64,000 nt of DNA from Alphaproteobacteria bacterium (GTDB lineage: Bacteria > Pseudomonadota > Alphaproteobacteria > GCA-2731375), in the NCBI GenBank assembly GCA_040223615.1, contig JAVKFY010000036.1:11596-75595 (forward strand), given 5' to 3'. The translations under genes were made by a program, and so were the position numbers. The notes beneath the pieces were generated by a model. It worked only from the letters and a program-made list of their open reading frames with translations, searched no databases and was not told the DNA's origin. How positions within the stretch are numbered: position 1 is the first letter of the stretch; every line of letters starts with the position of its first letter. Shown here in pieces: positions 41,799-51,621 of this stretch.

Positions 41799-42819
41799 TC
41801 GGGCCCTCGGGTTGCTGCTGGGTGATGCAGTGCAGGCCGCCGCCGCCCTCGACGATGATCGAGGCGTCGATCTGGACCACCACGCGGTCCGGGAAGACGC
41901 GGCCGATGATGGTGGCGGCCGCGTCGTCGGCGGAATCGTCGAAGCGCGGCACGATCACCGCGCCGTTGGCGATGTAGAAGTTCACGTAGGAACGCGACAG
42001 CGGCCCGTGCTGGCCCAGCGCCGGCGACGGGTGCGGCAGCTCGATGATCTCCAGCGTCCGCCCGGCAGCGTCGGTTGCCTGTGCCAGGCGGTCACGGTTG
42101 GCCACGAGGCGAGCGAAGCTGGGGTCGTCCTCGCGCTCGGGCATCGCCACCATGACCACGCCGGGCGCAACGAAGCGGGCGCAGTTGTCGATGTGACCAT
42201 CGGTCTCGTCGTACATCAGGCCGCTTTCCAGCCAGACCATCCGCCGGGCCCCGAGGTGCAGGGCCAGCCGTTCCTCGACCTGTTCGCGCGACAGCGTCGG
42301 ATTGCGGTTGTCGTTCAGGATCGATTCCTCGGTGGCCAGCACGGTGCCGGCGCCGTCGACATGCACCGCCCCGCCTTCCAGCACCAGCGGACCGTCATAG
42401 CAGCGCATGCCAAGCCGATCGGCGATGGTCCGGGCCAGGGCGGCGTCCCTGTCGTAGGGGTGGTAGCGGTTGCCCCAGGCGTTGAAGCGCCAGGCCACGG
42501 CGGCGACCGCGCCGTCCGCGTCGGTCACGAAAGTGGGGCCGCTATCGCGGGTCCAGCTGTCGTCGATCGGCAACGGCACGACCTCGACATTCTTGCCCAG
42601 CAACAGCCGCGCCTCGGCCTCGATCCCCGGCGGCACGATCATCGCCACCGGCTCGTAGGCGGCAATGGCACGGGCGACACCGGCATAGGCCTGGCAGGCC
42701 AGCGGGTGCAGTTCGCGCCACAGTTCGGTGCGCGCCGGCCAGGCCAGCCAGCAACGCGCGTGCGGCATCCACTCCGCCGGCATCGCGAAACCGTCCAGCG
42801 CCGGTAACGGCCCATCCAT
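41782..42819 (-). CDS. aguA: Agmatine deiminase family protein
   Basis: MPAEW, DDSWTRDSGP, FNAWG, LEGG, TDGHID, GGGGLHCITQQQP. Overlaps the 3' end of ycaQ convergently by 17 nt. Confidence 0.92.
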   Translation of the reverse strand: MDGPLPALDGFAMPAEWMPHARCWLAWPARTELWRELHPLACQAYAGVARAIAAYEPVAMIVPPGIEAEARLLLGKNVEVVPLPIDDSWTRDSGPTFVTDADGAVAAVAWRFNAWGNRYHPYDRDAALARTIADRLGMRCYDGPLVLEGGAVHVDGAGTVLATEESILNDNRNPTLSREQVEERLALHLGARRMVWLESGLMYDETDGHIDNCARFVAPGVVMVAMPEREDDPSFARLVANRDRLAQATDAAGRTLEIIELPHPSPALGQHGPLSRSYVNFYIANGAVIVPRFDDSADDAAATIIGRVFPDRVVVQIDASIIVEGGGGLHCITQQQPEGPITPVR

Positions 42820-42995
42820 CAGCTGGGTCCATCCATCAGCGGTCCGCCCGGCAGCGACATGTTGCGCGCATTCCCATGGTATCGCCCATAACACAGGCGC
42901 CGGCGACGGGCCAAGATTGCCCGCGTGCGCGAACGCCGCCGGCCGGTTAAGCTAAGCCAGGAGCAACCCCGAAAGCAGCAGGAGCTCGCCCGCCC

Positions 42996-43463
42996 ATGGC
43001 AGGACGCATCGATGCACGTTTGTCCGAAATCGGCCTCACCATTCCCGACGCCCCGTCGCCGGCGGCCAACTACGTGCCCTACGTCATCGTCGGCAACATG
43101 GTCTACGTCGCCGGCCAGGTGCCGTTCGTCGATGGCAAAATCGCCAAGACCGGCAAGGTCGGCCAGGACCTCGACACGGCCGAGGCCAAGACCATCGCGC
43201 GGATCTGCGCGGTCAACATCGTCGCCCAGGTGAAGGCGGCGTGCGGCGGCGACCTGGACAAGGTGAAGCGCTGCGTCGAGGTCGGCGGCTTCGTGAACTG
43301 CGTTGACGGCTACGGCGAGCAGCCGGAGGTGATCAACGGCGCCAGCGACCTGATGGTCGAGGTGTTCGGCGATGCCGGCCGGCACGCCCGCTTCGCCGTC
43401 GGCACCAACGCGCTGCCGCGCAACGTGCCGGTCGAAGTCAAGGCGGTGTTCGAGATCAGCTAG
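42996..43463 (+). CDS. RidA/YjgF family protein
   Basis: [27 protein letters not shown]. Confidence 0.9.
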   Translation: MAGRIDARLSEIGLTIPDAPSPAANYVPYVIVGNMVYVAGQVPFVDGKIAKTGKVGQDLDTAEAKTIARICAVNIVAQVKAACGGDLDKVKRCVEVGGFVNCVDGYGEQPEVINGASDLMVEVFGDAGRHARFAVGTNALPRNVPVEVKAVFEIS

Positions 43464-43469
43464 TCCACC

Positions 43470-44645
43470 ATGGCCGGACCTGAAGCCTCCGTCGTCCTCA
43501 AGGCTCTGAACCGCATCGCCGACGTGCCGGCGGCGGAGTGGGATGCGTGCGCCGGCACCGAGAACCCGTTCGTCAGCCACGCCTTCTTGTCCGCCCTGGA
43601 AGACTCGGGATGCGTCAGGCCGGAGACCGGCTGGGGCCCCTATCACCTGTTGATGGAAGACGAGGACGGCCACGCGGTCGGCGCGGTGCCGATGTATCTG
43701 AAGGGGCACAGCCAGGGCGAATACATCTTCGACCACGGCTGGGCCAACGCGCTGGAGCGCGCCGGCGGGCGCTACTATCCGAAGCTGCTGGTGGCGGTGC
43801 CGTTCGTGCCGGCGAGCGGGCCGCGGCTGCTGGTCCGGCCCGGGCCGAACGAGACGGAGATACGCGAGCACCTGATCACCGGATCGATCGAGGCGGCGAA
43901 GCAGCTCGGCACCTCGACCTTGCATTTCAACTTCGTCACCGAGCCGGAGTGGCAGCGGCTCGGCGCGCGCGGCCTGCTGCAGCGCACCGGCGAGCAGTTC
44001 CACTGGTACAACCGCGACTACGAGAGCTTCGACGGCTTCCTGGACGACCTGTCGTCACGCAAGCGCAAGACCATCCGCAAGGAACGCCGCGCGGCGATGG
44101 AGTCGGACATCGAGATCGAGGTCTATCAAGGTGACACGCTGCGCGAAGAGCACTGGGACGCGTTCTACCGCTTCTACATGGACACCGGCAGCCGCAAGTG
44201 GGGCCGGCCGTACCTGAACCGGCAGTTCTTCAGCCTGGTCAGCGAGCGGATGGGCGAGCGGATCGCGCTGATCATGTGCCGGCGCAACGGCGCCTGGATC
44301 GCCGGCGCGCTGAACTTCGTCGGCTCGGATTGCATCTACGGCCGGCACTGGGGCTGCGTGGAGGACCACCGGTTCCTGCATTTCGAGGCCTGCTATTACC
44401 GCGCCATCGACTACGCGATCGAACACAAGCTGGCGCGCGTTGAGGCCGGCGCGCAGGGCCCGCACAAGCTGGCCCGCGGCTACCTGCCGACGCACATCTA
44501 TTCCGCGCACTGGATCGAGAACCCGAGCTTCCGCCGCGCCGTCGAGGATTACCTGGAGCACGAGCGCGCCGAGGTCGACCGCGAGATCGAGTACCTGGAG
44601 GACTACGCCCCGTTCAGGAAGGGCGAGCGGCCCGGCGAGACCTGA
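43470..44645 (+). CDS. FemAB-like GNAT protein (DUF482)
   Basis: HSQGEYIFDHGWA, YYPKL, YGRHWG, LHFEACYY, EAGAQGPHK. Confidence 0.9.
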   Translation: MAGPEASVVLKALNRIADVPAAEWDACAGTENPFVSHAFLSALEDSGCVRPETGWGPYHLLMEDEDGHAVGAVPMYLKGHSQGEYIFDHGWANALERAGGRYYPKLLVAVPFVPASGPRLLVRPGPNETEIREHLITGSIEAAKQLGTSTLHFNFVTEPEWQRLGARGLLQRTGEQFHWYNRDYESFDGFLDDLSSRKRKTIRKERRAAMESDIEIEVYQGDTLREEHWDAFYRFYMDTGSRKWGRPYLNRQFFSLVSERMGERIALIMCRRNGAWIAGALNFVGSDCIYGRHWGCVEDHRFLHFEACYYRAIDYAIEHKLARVEAGAQGPHKLARGYLPTHIYSAHWIENPSFRRAVEDYLEHERAEVDREIEYLEDYAPFRKGERPGET

Positions 44646-44700
44646 CAGTCGGCGGCTCCGCAACGGCCGCTGCAGACATGACGAGAAGGAGAAGGCGAGC

Positions 44701-45075
44701 ATGCAGAGACGGGATTTCCTGCGCATGGCCACCCTTGGTGTCATCGCAATCGCCGCCGGGCGGGCGGAAGCCCACCACGGCTGGGGCTGGGCCACCGACG
44801 AGGAGTTCGAGATCTCCGGCGTCGTGGAATCAATCCGGCTGGGCAACCCGCATGGCGAGGTCGACATCGTCGTCGACGGCGCACTTTGGACCATCGAGGT
44901 CGGGCAGCCCTGGCGCAACGAGCGCGCCGGCTTGACCGCGGAGCGCCTGGCCAAGGGGACGACAATCCTGGTGCACGGTCACCGCTCCAAGAAGCCCGAC
45001 GCGCGGCTGGTGAAGGCCGAACGCGTGGTGATCGCCGGCAAGAACTACGATCTGTACCCGGAACGGGAGTCGTAG
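44701..45075 (+). CDS. Tat-exported DUF6152-like protein
   Basis: MQRRDFLR Tat motif, AEA cleavage site followed by HHGW, NPH, WTIE; GGAGAAGG RBS. Confidence 0.75.
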   Translation: MQRRDFLRMATLGVIAIAAGRAEAHHGWGWATDEEFEISGVVESIRLGNPHGEVDIVVDGALWTIEVGQPWRNERAGLTAERLAKGTTILVHGHRSKKPDARLVKAERVVIAGKNYDLYPERES

Positions 45076-45084
45076 CGCGCGCCG

Positions 45085-45552
45085 ATGCAGGGGCTGCTGG
45101 CCGGACTGGAAGCGACGCCGCTGGCGGCGGTGCTGCGCGGATCAGTCTGGCTCTACCCGCTGGTGAACGCGGCGCATATCGCCGGCATCGCCCTGCTGTT
45201 CGGCGCGATCACGGCCCTCGACCTGCGGCTGATCGGGCTCTGGCCGCGCCAGTCGGCGGCGGTGCTGTCCAGGGTTCTGACGCCGGTGGCGGTCGCCGGA
45301 TTCGCGCTGGCGGCGTCGATGGGCGCGCTGCTCTTCATCTGCAAGGCATCGGAGTACGCCGCCGCCTCATTGTTCCAGGCGAAAATGGCCGTCGTTGCCT
45401 TCGGCGTCGTCAACGCGGCCTTGGCGTGGCGCTGGATGCGGCACTCGGGCGCCGGCCAGGCGATCCCACGTCGGGTGCGCGCCGCAGCCGCCGCGTCGCT
45501 AGCGACGTGGCTATCCGCGATCCTGCTCGGCCGCCTGGTCGGCTACTTCTGA
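45085..45552 (+). CDS. 4-TM membrane protein (DUF2214/DUF6644-like)
   Basis: YPLVNAAHIAG, DLRLIG, FQAKM, GRLVGYF. Confidence 0.75.
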   Translation: MQGLLAGLEATPLAAVLRGSVWLYPLVNAAHIAGIALLFGAITALDLRLIGLWPRQSAAVLSRVLTPVAVAGFALAASMGALLFICKASEYAAASLFQAKMAVVAFGVVNAALAWRWMRHSGAGQAIPRRVRAAAAASLATWLSAILLGRLVGYF

Positions 45553-45559
45553 GCCGGCG

Positions 45560-47902
45560 TTACTCCACTGGCACCGGTTCGCGCTTCTTGCGGGCGCGCC
45601 CAGGCGGTTTGCGTTTACCCTTGGCGGCGGCCTTGAGCGCCTTGGCGCGGACGTCGAAGATCAGCTTCTCCTCGTCGGCGTCGATCAGCACCTTGCCGCC
45701 CTTCTCCAGCTTGCCGAACAGTACCTCGTCGGCCAGCGGCTCCTTCACATGGCGCTGGATCACCCGGCTCAGCGGCCGGGCGCCGTACATGCGGTCGTAG
45801 CCGCGCTCGGCCAGCCAGGCGCGCGCCGCGTTCGACAGTTCGAAGGTCACGCCACGCTCGGACAACTGGTTCTCCAGCTCCGCGATGAACTTGTCGACCA
45901 CCCTGTAGACGATCTCCGGGCCGAGATAGTCGAACGGCACGATCGCATCCAGCCGGTTGCGGAACTCCGGCGTGAACATGCGCTTGATCGCTTCCGCGTC
46001 CTCGCCCTCGCGCAGGTCGCGGCCGAAGCCGATGGCCTGCTTGGCCATGTCCTGGGCGCCGGCGTTGGTGGTCATGATCAGCACGACGTTGCGGAAGTCG
46101 ACCTTCTTGCCGTTGTGGTCGGTGAGCTTGCCGTGATCCATGATCTGCAGCAGCACGTTGAACAGGTCGGGATGCGCCTTCTCGATCTCGTCCAGCAGCA
46201 CCACGCAGTGCGGATGCTGGTCGACCGCGTCGGTCAGCATGCCGCCCTGGTCGAAGCCGACATAGCCCGGCGGCGCGCCGATCAGCCGGCTGACGGAGTG
46301 CCGCTCCATGTATTCCGACATGTCGAAGCGGACCAATTCCATGCCCATGATGCGCGAGAGCTGGCGCGCGACCTCGGTCTTGCCGACGCCGGTCGGGCCG
46401 GAGAACAGGAAGTTGCCGATCGGCTTTTCCGGCTCGCGCAGGCCGGCGCGGGCCAGCTTGATCGCCGAGCTCAACACCTTGATCGCGGTCTGCTGACCGT
46501 AAACCACCTTGTTCAGGTCTTCGGCCAGGTCGCGCATGTTGGCCTGGTCGACCTTGGAGACGGTCTTCGGCGGGATGCGCGCGATCTTCGCCACCACGCT
46601 CTCCACGTCGCGCACGCCGATGGTCTTCTTGCGCCGGTTCTCCGGCACCAGCATCTGTGCCGCGCCGACCTCGTCGATCACGTCGATCGCCTTGTCGGGC
46701 AGCTTGCGGTCGTGGATATAGCGCGCCGACAGCTCCACCGCGGTCTTGATCGCCTCGCTGGTGTAGCGGATGTGGTGGTAGTCCTCGAAATACGGCTTCA
46801 GGCCATTGAGGATCTTGATCGCATCCGGCACCGAGGGCTCGTTGACGTCAATCTTCTGGAACCGGCGCAGCAGGGCGCGGTCCTTCTCGAAGTAGTTGCG
46901 GAATTCCTTGTAGGTGGTCGAGCCCATGCAGCGGATGGTGCCGCTGGCCAGCGCCGGCTTGAGCATGTTCGACGCATCCATGGCGCCGCCCGAGGTGGCG
47001 CCGGCACCGATCACGGTGTGGATCTCGTCGATGAACAGGATCGCGCCCTCGGTGTTCTCCAGCTCCTGGATCACCGCCTTGAGACGTTCCTCGAAGTCGC
47101 CGCGATAGCGCGTGCCGGCCAGGAGCGAGCCCATGTCGAGCGAGTAGATGGTGCAGTCGCGCAAGACCTCCGGGACCTCGTTGAGCACGATGCGCCGGGC
47201 CAGGCCCTCGGCGATGGCGGTCTTGCCGACGCCGGGATCGCCGACATAGAGCGGGTTGTTCTTCGAACGCCGGCACAGGATCTGGATGGTGCGCTCGATC
47301 TCCAGCGCGCGGCCGATCAGCGGGTCGACCCGGCCGGCCTTGGCCTTCTCGTTCAGGTCGATGCAGTACGCGCCCAGCGCCTCCGCGCCCTGTTTCGAAT
47401 TGCGCGGCTCGCTCTCGACCTCCTCCTCGGCGCCACGCACCGGGCGGCTCTCGCCGGACCCCGGCGTCTTGGCAATGCCGTGGGAGATGTAGCTGACCGC
47501 GTCGAGCCGGGTCATGTCCTGCTCCTGCAGGAAGTAGACCGCGTGGCTCTCGCGCTCGGCGAAGATCGCCACCAGGACGTTGGCACCGGTGACGTTGTCG
47601 CGGCCCGACGACTGCACGTGATAGACGGCGCGCTGAATCACGCGCTGGAAGCCCGAGGTCGGCTTGGCGTCCTCGTCGGTCTCGATCACGAGGCTGTCGA
47701 GTTCGTCGTCGACATAGGTGGCGAGCTGGCGGCGCAGCATGTCGACGTCGACGTTGCACGCCTTCAGCACCGATACCGCGTCGGTGTCGTCGGTCAGGGC
47801 CAGCAGCAAATGCTCCAACGTTGCGTACTCGTGGTGACGCTCGTTGGCATAGCGCAGGGCGCGGTGCAGACTCTGTTCAAGCTCGGGAGCGAATGAAGGC
47901 AC
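45560..47902 (-). CDS. clpA: ATP-dependent Clp protease ATPase subunit
   Basis: HEYATLEHLL, GDPGVGKT, GPTGVGKT, IGF loop; GTG start overlaps the clpS stop. Confidence 0.97.
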   Translation of the reverse strand: MPSFAPELEQSLHRALRYANERHHEYATLEHLLLALTDDTDAVSVLKACNVDVDMLRRQLATYVDDELDSLVIETDEDAKPTSGFQRVIQRAVYHVQSSGRDNVTGANVLVAIFAERESHAVYFLQEQDMTRLDAVSYISHGIAKTPGSGESRPVRGAEEEVESEPRNSKQGAEALGAYCIDLNEKAKAGRVDPLIGRALEIERTIQILCRRSKNNPLYVGDPGVGKTAIAEGLARRIVLNEVPEVLRDCTIYSLDMGSLLAGTRYRGDFEERLKAVIQELENTEGAILFIDEIHTVIGAGATSGGAMDASNMLKPALASGTIRCMGSTTYKEFRNYFEKDRALLRRFQKIDVNEPSVPDAIKILNGLKPYFEDYHHIRYTSEAIKTAVELSARYIHDRKLPDKAIDVIDEVGAAQMLVPENRRKKTIGVRDVESVVAKIARIPPKTVSKVDQANMRDLAEDLNKVVYGQQTAIKVLSSAIKLARAGLREPEKPIGNFLFSGPTGVGKTEVARQLSRIMGMELVRFDMSEYMERHSVSRLIGAPPGYVGFDQGGMLTDAVDQHPHCVVLLDEIEKAHPDLFNVLLQIMDHGKLTDHNGKKVDFRNVVLIMTTNAGAQDMAKQAIGFGRDLREGEDAEAIKRMFTPEFRNRLDAIVPFDYLGPEIVYRVVDKFIAELENQLSERGVTFELSNAARAWLAERGYDRMYGARPLSRVIQRHVKEPLADEVLFGKLEKGGKVLIDADEEKLIFDVRAKALKAAAKGKRKPPGRARKKREPVPVE

Positions 47903-48234
47903 TAGTCTTTTTCCATCGTGCACTGCAAAGGATGTTGGTGCTTGCGGGCGAAGTCGATGACCTGGACCACCTTGGTCTCGGCCACGTCGTACTGATAGAC
48001 GCCACAGATGCCGACGCCGCGGCGGTGGACATGCAACATGACCTGCGTCGCCTCCTCCCGGTTCTTGTGGAAGAAGCGCTCGAGCACGTGGACCACGAAC
48101 TCCATCGGCGTGTAGTCGTCGTTTAGCAGCAGCACCTTGTACATCGACGGCTTCTTGGTCTGCGGTTTGCTCCGCGTGACCACGCCGGTGCCGGTGCCGA
48201 TATCTGAATCCTGATTGCGGTCGTCGTCACTCAT
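47902..48234 (-). CDS. clpS: Clp adaptor protein
   Basis: [24 protein letters not shown]. Confidence 0.97.
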   Translation of the reverse strand: MSDDDRNQDSDIGTGTGVVTRSKPQTKKPSMYKVLLLNDDYTPMEFVVHVLERFFHKNREEATQVMLHVHRRGVGICGVYQYDVAETKVVQVIDFARKHQHPLQCTMEKD

Positions 48235-48365
48235 GACCGTGCGGTGGTGTTTCCATATTGGTGTGCGCCCTGACCTTAATATCGGTCATCTCCCCCGCAT
48301 TGCAAAGGGGCACGGCCCAAATCGGCACAGCTTTGCCGCAACTAGTGCGAACACAAACGTCAACG

Positions 48366-48395
48366 AGGCCCGGCGACTTGCGTCGCCGAGCCCCG
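48366..48395 (-). terminator. Hairpin terminator after the phasin gene
   Basis: Minus strand GGCTCGGCGAC-GCAA-GTCGCCGGGCC followed by a T-rich stretch. Confidence 0.6.
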
Positions 48396-48421
48396 TCGGG
48401 CACCGCAGAATACGCGCGGTG

Positions 48422-48928
48422 TTACGCAGCTTTGGTCTTGGTCGCGGTGTCGAAGGCAGCCGTCATCTGCTCATTGAGCGGCTCGACCGTGTCCTGCGCC
48501 AGCTTGGTGGCGATTTCACTGATCTTGGTGCCCTGGGCCATCGCCGAGTCGAGGCTCGACTTGGCGAAACCGGTCTGCAGGTCCATCAGCTCCTGCAGCG
48601 ACTTCACGGTCATCGCGGCGCGGGCCACGGCGGCACCCTCTTCCATCGACTGCTTGGAGAAAGCCATCAGCTCGGCCGACAGCATCTCGTAGCCCTTGGC
48701 GTAGGCGGTCCCGGACGCCATGAAGGCGGCCATGGTCTTCTGGCCGATCGCGGCCATCTCGTCATAATTCTTCATCATGTCCTGCATCCGATCCTGCGCC
48801 GTCTCGAAGGCCTTCTCGTAGCCATCGGCACCGGCTTTGACAAACTGTTCCATCGTGTCCTTACCTGCCGCGACGACGTTCTCGACTGCGGCTGTGGGCT
48901 GCTGCGCCCGCTTGGTCTTGGCGACCAT
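48422..48928 (-). CDS. phaP: Phasin (PHA granule protein)
   Basis: Helical Ala-rich protein with KSLQELMDLQTGFAK...LAQDTVEPL; GGAGGG RBS; usual position next to clpS. Confidence 0.88.
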   Translation of the reverse strand: MVAKTKRAQQPTAAVENVVAAGKDTMEQFVKAGADGYEKAFETAQDRMQDMMKNYDEMAAIGQKTMAAFMASGTAYAKGYEMLSAELMAFSKQSMEEGAAVARAAMTVKSLQELMDLQTGFAKSSLDSAMAQGTKISEIATKLAQDTVEPLNEQMTAAFDTATKTKAA

Positions 48929-48995
48929 GTGTTCACCCTCCGAATTTCGCTGCGCCGCTATCAGGTCGCGGCGCCGAACCTGCTCTGTCGTCTTA

Positions 48996-49070
48996 TGCTG
49001 CATCGCAACATGAACCGTATATTGCGCTGCGCTGCGGCGAAGTCAAGAAGGATTTTGCTGCAATGCACAA
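48996..49070 (-). promoter_or_regulatory. Phasin sigma70 promoter overlapped by PhaR-type TGC-N3-GCA operators
   Basis: TGCATCGCAACA (48999), TGCGCTGCGCTGC (49023), TGCAATGCACAA (49059); minus-strand -35 TTGACT at 49041-49046 with CAATAT -10. Confidence 0.65.
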
Positions 49071-49182
49071 TTTCTTCGTCGATCAGCGCCGCGGCACCTC
49101 GCGGCAGGCAAGCGACATCGGCCCCGGCGGCAAGTTCCGGCGACAGCCATGCCACTTGCGCGGGCTTTCCGCGAAGCCTGGA

Positions 49183-49920
49183 CTAGCGATTGACGCCGTC
49201 GACGCCGACCTGGACCTGGAACACCGGTGGTCCGCCGCGGGAGGCACGATTGCCGGATGCCGCCTTGTCGAAAAGCGGCAGGTCGAGCGCGCGCGGCGGG
49301 TTGACCGCACGGCGGCTGTGGTCGAACGGCGCCAGCGCCGCCAGGAACGGCAGCGCCTCAAACCCGGGGTGCGTGCGGTCCCAGGCGGCGAAGGCGAACT
49401 GGCCGTCGCGGCACCGGCTGGCGGTCAGGTAGAAGTCGTCGGAACGCAGGAAGCTGCCGACCGGCAGCGGCTCGGGCAGGTCGACGGCAAGGTCGCGACG
49501 CAGTTTCGCAGCCTCGCCCGGCGTCAGCGCGTGCCGCGCGGTGCGACCGAACCAGGCCGGAAACAGCCCCTCGTCGCCGTAGCTCAGGTCGATGCCGCCG
49601 GAGAACACGTGGACCTCGACGGCCGGCGCCGGCCCCAGCACGACGTCGTAGGTACGCACCTGCTCCGACCAGATCGCGTTGTAGACAAAGCGCCAGCGCG
49701 TGCTCGCACCCGCGCCGCAGGTCCGGCGCACATCGCCGCCGCCGAGATAGTCGAACCAGCCAAAGGTGCGGCTGACCGGATTGCTCGCCGGCCCCGTGGT
49801 CTGGCAGCCAGCGAGCCAGGCGAGCAGCAAGACTGGCACCAGACGCCAAACCCGATATGCCGTGCCCCCGATCTGCTCCGGATGTGGCAGTATCCGGGCA
49901 TTGCCAAGCAACGTTGTCAT
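49183..49920 (-). CDS. Hypothetical lipoprotein
   Basis: Lipobox LAGC followed by a globular region; the true start is probably downstream of 49920. Confidence 0.65.
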   Translation of the reverse strand: MTTLLGNARILPHPEQIGGTAYRVWRLVPVLLLAWLAGCQTTGPASNPVSRTFGWFDYLGGGDVRRTCGAGASTRWRFVYNAIWSEQVRTYDVVLGPAPAVEVHVFSGGIDLSYGDEGLFPAWFGRTARHALTPGEAAKLRRDLAVDLPEPLPVGSFLRSDDFYLTASRCRDGQFAFAAWDRTHPGFEALPFLAALAPFDHSRRAVNPPRALDLPLFDKAASGNRASRGGPPVFQVQVGVDGVNR

Positions 49921-50033
49921 TTCTTAACCTTGTTAGCGTGATTCTGTTTATGGAAACGACGCCTTAGCGGCTTGTGTTGTGCTGGAGGCTCAAACGCGTG
50001 CCGGAACATCGTAGGTTTCGGGAGCTATTCACG

Positions 50034-51272
50034 GTGCCGGTGCGTGCGATCGCACTGGCGCTGGTCGGGCTGGTGCTGCTGAGCGCGCCGGCGGCGGCGA
50101 AGTATGCGGCGATGGTGGTCGATGCCGAGACCGGCCGGGTCTACTTCGCGCGCAATGCCGACGCACGCAATCACCCGGCGTCACTCACCAAGATGATGAC
50201 GCTTTATATGGTGTTCGAGGCGCTGGAGTCGAAGCGCCTCACCATGAACCAACCGCTCACGGTGTCCAAGTACGCGGCTCGGCGCCCGCCCTCGCGGCTG
50301 CGGCTGCGGGCCGGACAGACCATCACCGTGCGCCAGGCGATCGAGGCGCTGGCGGTGAAGTCGGCGAACGACGTCGCCGCCGTGGTTGCCGAAGCGCTGG
50401 GTGGATCCGAACGCTCCTTCGCCCGCCTGATGACCAAGCGGGCGCGTCAGCTCGGCATGAGCCGTACCACCTTTGGCAATGCTTCCGGACTGCCGCACCG
50501 GGCGCAGCGCTCGACCGCGCGCGACATGGTCACGCTGGCACTGGCGCTGCGCCGCGACTTTCCGCAGTACTACAGCTACTTCTCGCAGAAGGATTTTCGG
50601 TACAAGGGCCGCACCTACCGCACGCACAACAACCTGCTGGGCCGCTTCGCCGGCACCACCGGGATCAAGACCGGCTACACCAACGCCGCCGGGTTCAACC
50701 TGGTGGCGGCGGTCGAGCGCGGCGAGCACCGGCTGATCGGCGTGGTGTTCGGCGGGCGCACCGCACGCAGCCGCGACCGGCACATGCGCCGCATCCTGGG
50801 GCGGGTGTTCTATCAGCTCGACAAGGCGCCACACATCATCACCCCGGAACGGGTGCCGATTCCGGCGTTCCGCCCGGATGAGCCAACACGGGTGCGCGCG
50901 GCGGAGGAAGCGCGCGAGCGCGCGGCCCGCGAGGCTGGCGTGCCGGTGCCCGCACTCAAACCCCCCGCCGGCGGCACGATCGAAGCGCGCCGGCCGGTAC
51001 GCGCCGGCGAAGCCGACCAGACCGGCTGGGCAGTACAGTTCGGCGCCTATTCGAACTACGGCAGGGCCAGCCAGATGGCGCAGCGCATCGCCGAGCGCGA
51101 ACCCGCGCTGGCCGCGGAGGGCTTGGCGATCGAACCGCTGCAACGCGGCGGGCACCAGCTCTATCGCGCACGGATCAGCGGCCTGTCCGAATTCGCCGCG
51201 CGGCGCGCCTGCGCCCGGCTGGAGCGCAAGGCCCTGCCCTGCGTCCCGGTCGGCCCCGACGGCGGCGTCTGA
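50034..51272 (+). CDS. D-alanyl-D-alanine carboxypeptidase (peptidase S11) with C-terminal SPOR domain
   Basis: PASLTKMMT, SAND, KTGYT; WAVQFGAY and YRARI SPOR motifs. Confidence 0.9.
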   Translation: MPVRAIALALVGLVLLSAPAAAKYAAMVVDAETGRVYFARNADARNHPASLTKMMTLYMVFEALESKRLTMNQPLTVSKYAARRPPSRLRLRAGQTITVRQAIEALAVKSANDVAAVVAEALGGSERSFARLMTKRARQLGMSRTTFGNASGLPHRAQRSTARDMVTLALALRRDFPQYYSYFSQKDFRYKGRTYRTHNNLLGRFAGTTGIKTGYTNAAGFNLVAAVERGEHRLIGVVFGGRTARSRDRHMRRILGRVFYQLDKAPHIITPERVPIPAFRPDEPTRVRAAEEARERAAREAGVPVPALKPPAGGTIEARRPVRAGEADQTGWAVQFGAYSNYGRASQMAQRIAEREPALAAEGLAIEPLQRGGHQLYRARISGLSEFAARRACARLERKALPCVPVGPDGGV

Positions 51273-51284
51273 ACGCCGCATGAA

Positions 51285-51480
51285 TTGAGCAGCGCCTTCG
51301 GCGCCCGGTTGCGCTGGTGGCGGCAGTGGCGCGGCCTATCGCAACGCGACCTCGCCGGCGTGGCGCACAATTCGCAACGACATCTCAGCTTTCTTGAGTC
51401 CGGCCGCGCCCTGCCGCGGCGGAGCTGGCCATGCATTTCGTAGGAAACAACGTCGAGCTTCGCCGGTTCACCGAAATCGC
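51285..51480 (+). pseudogene. Truncated XRE-family (MmyB-like) HTH regulator
   Basis: LSSAFGARLRWWRQWRGLSQRDLAGVAHNSQRHLSFLESGRALP, then stop at 51441-51443; a possible C-terminal relic ELRRFTEIA follows. Confidence 0.65.
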
Positions 51481-51621
51481 CTCGACAACTTCGTCCCGGC
51501 CCCTGCGCCGACGGATGCGCCGCTGTGACCCTGGGCCGGCTGTCGCCCCGGTTCATTACGCGCGATGTAATTGCGACGCGCCGCCGCGCGGGCCAATGTG
51601 GGGCGCCTTCGGAGAACGCCA

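Noticed and set aside
48279-48306. RpoH-like promoter before clpS (TTTGCA-N15-CCGATAT)
   Set aside because: Biologically plausible, but both boxes are degenerate; not enough to call.
49921-49940. CtrA site between the lipoprotein and DD-carboxypeptidase genes (TTAACCTTGTTAG)
   Set aside because: Only a half-site, with wrong spacing to the second element.
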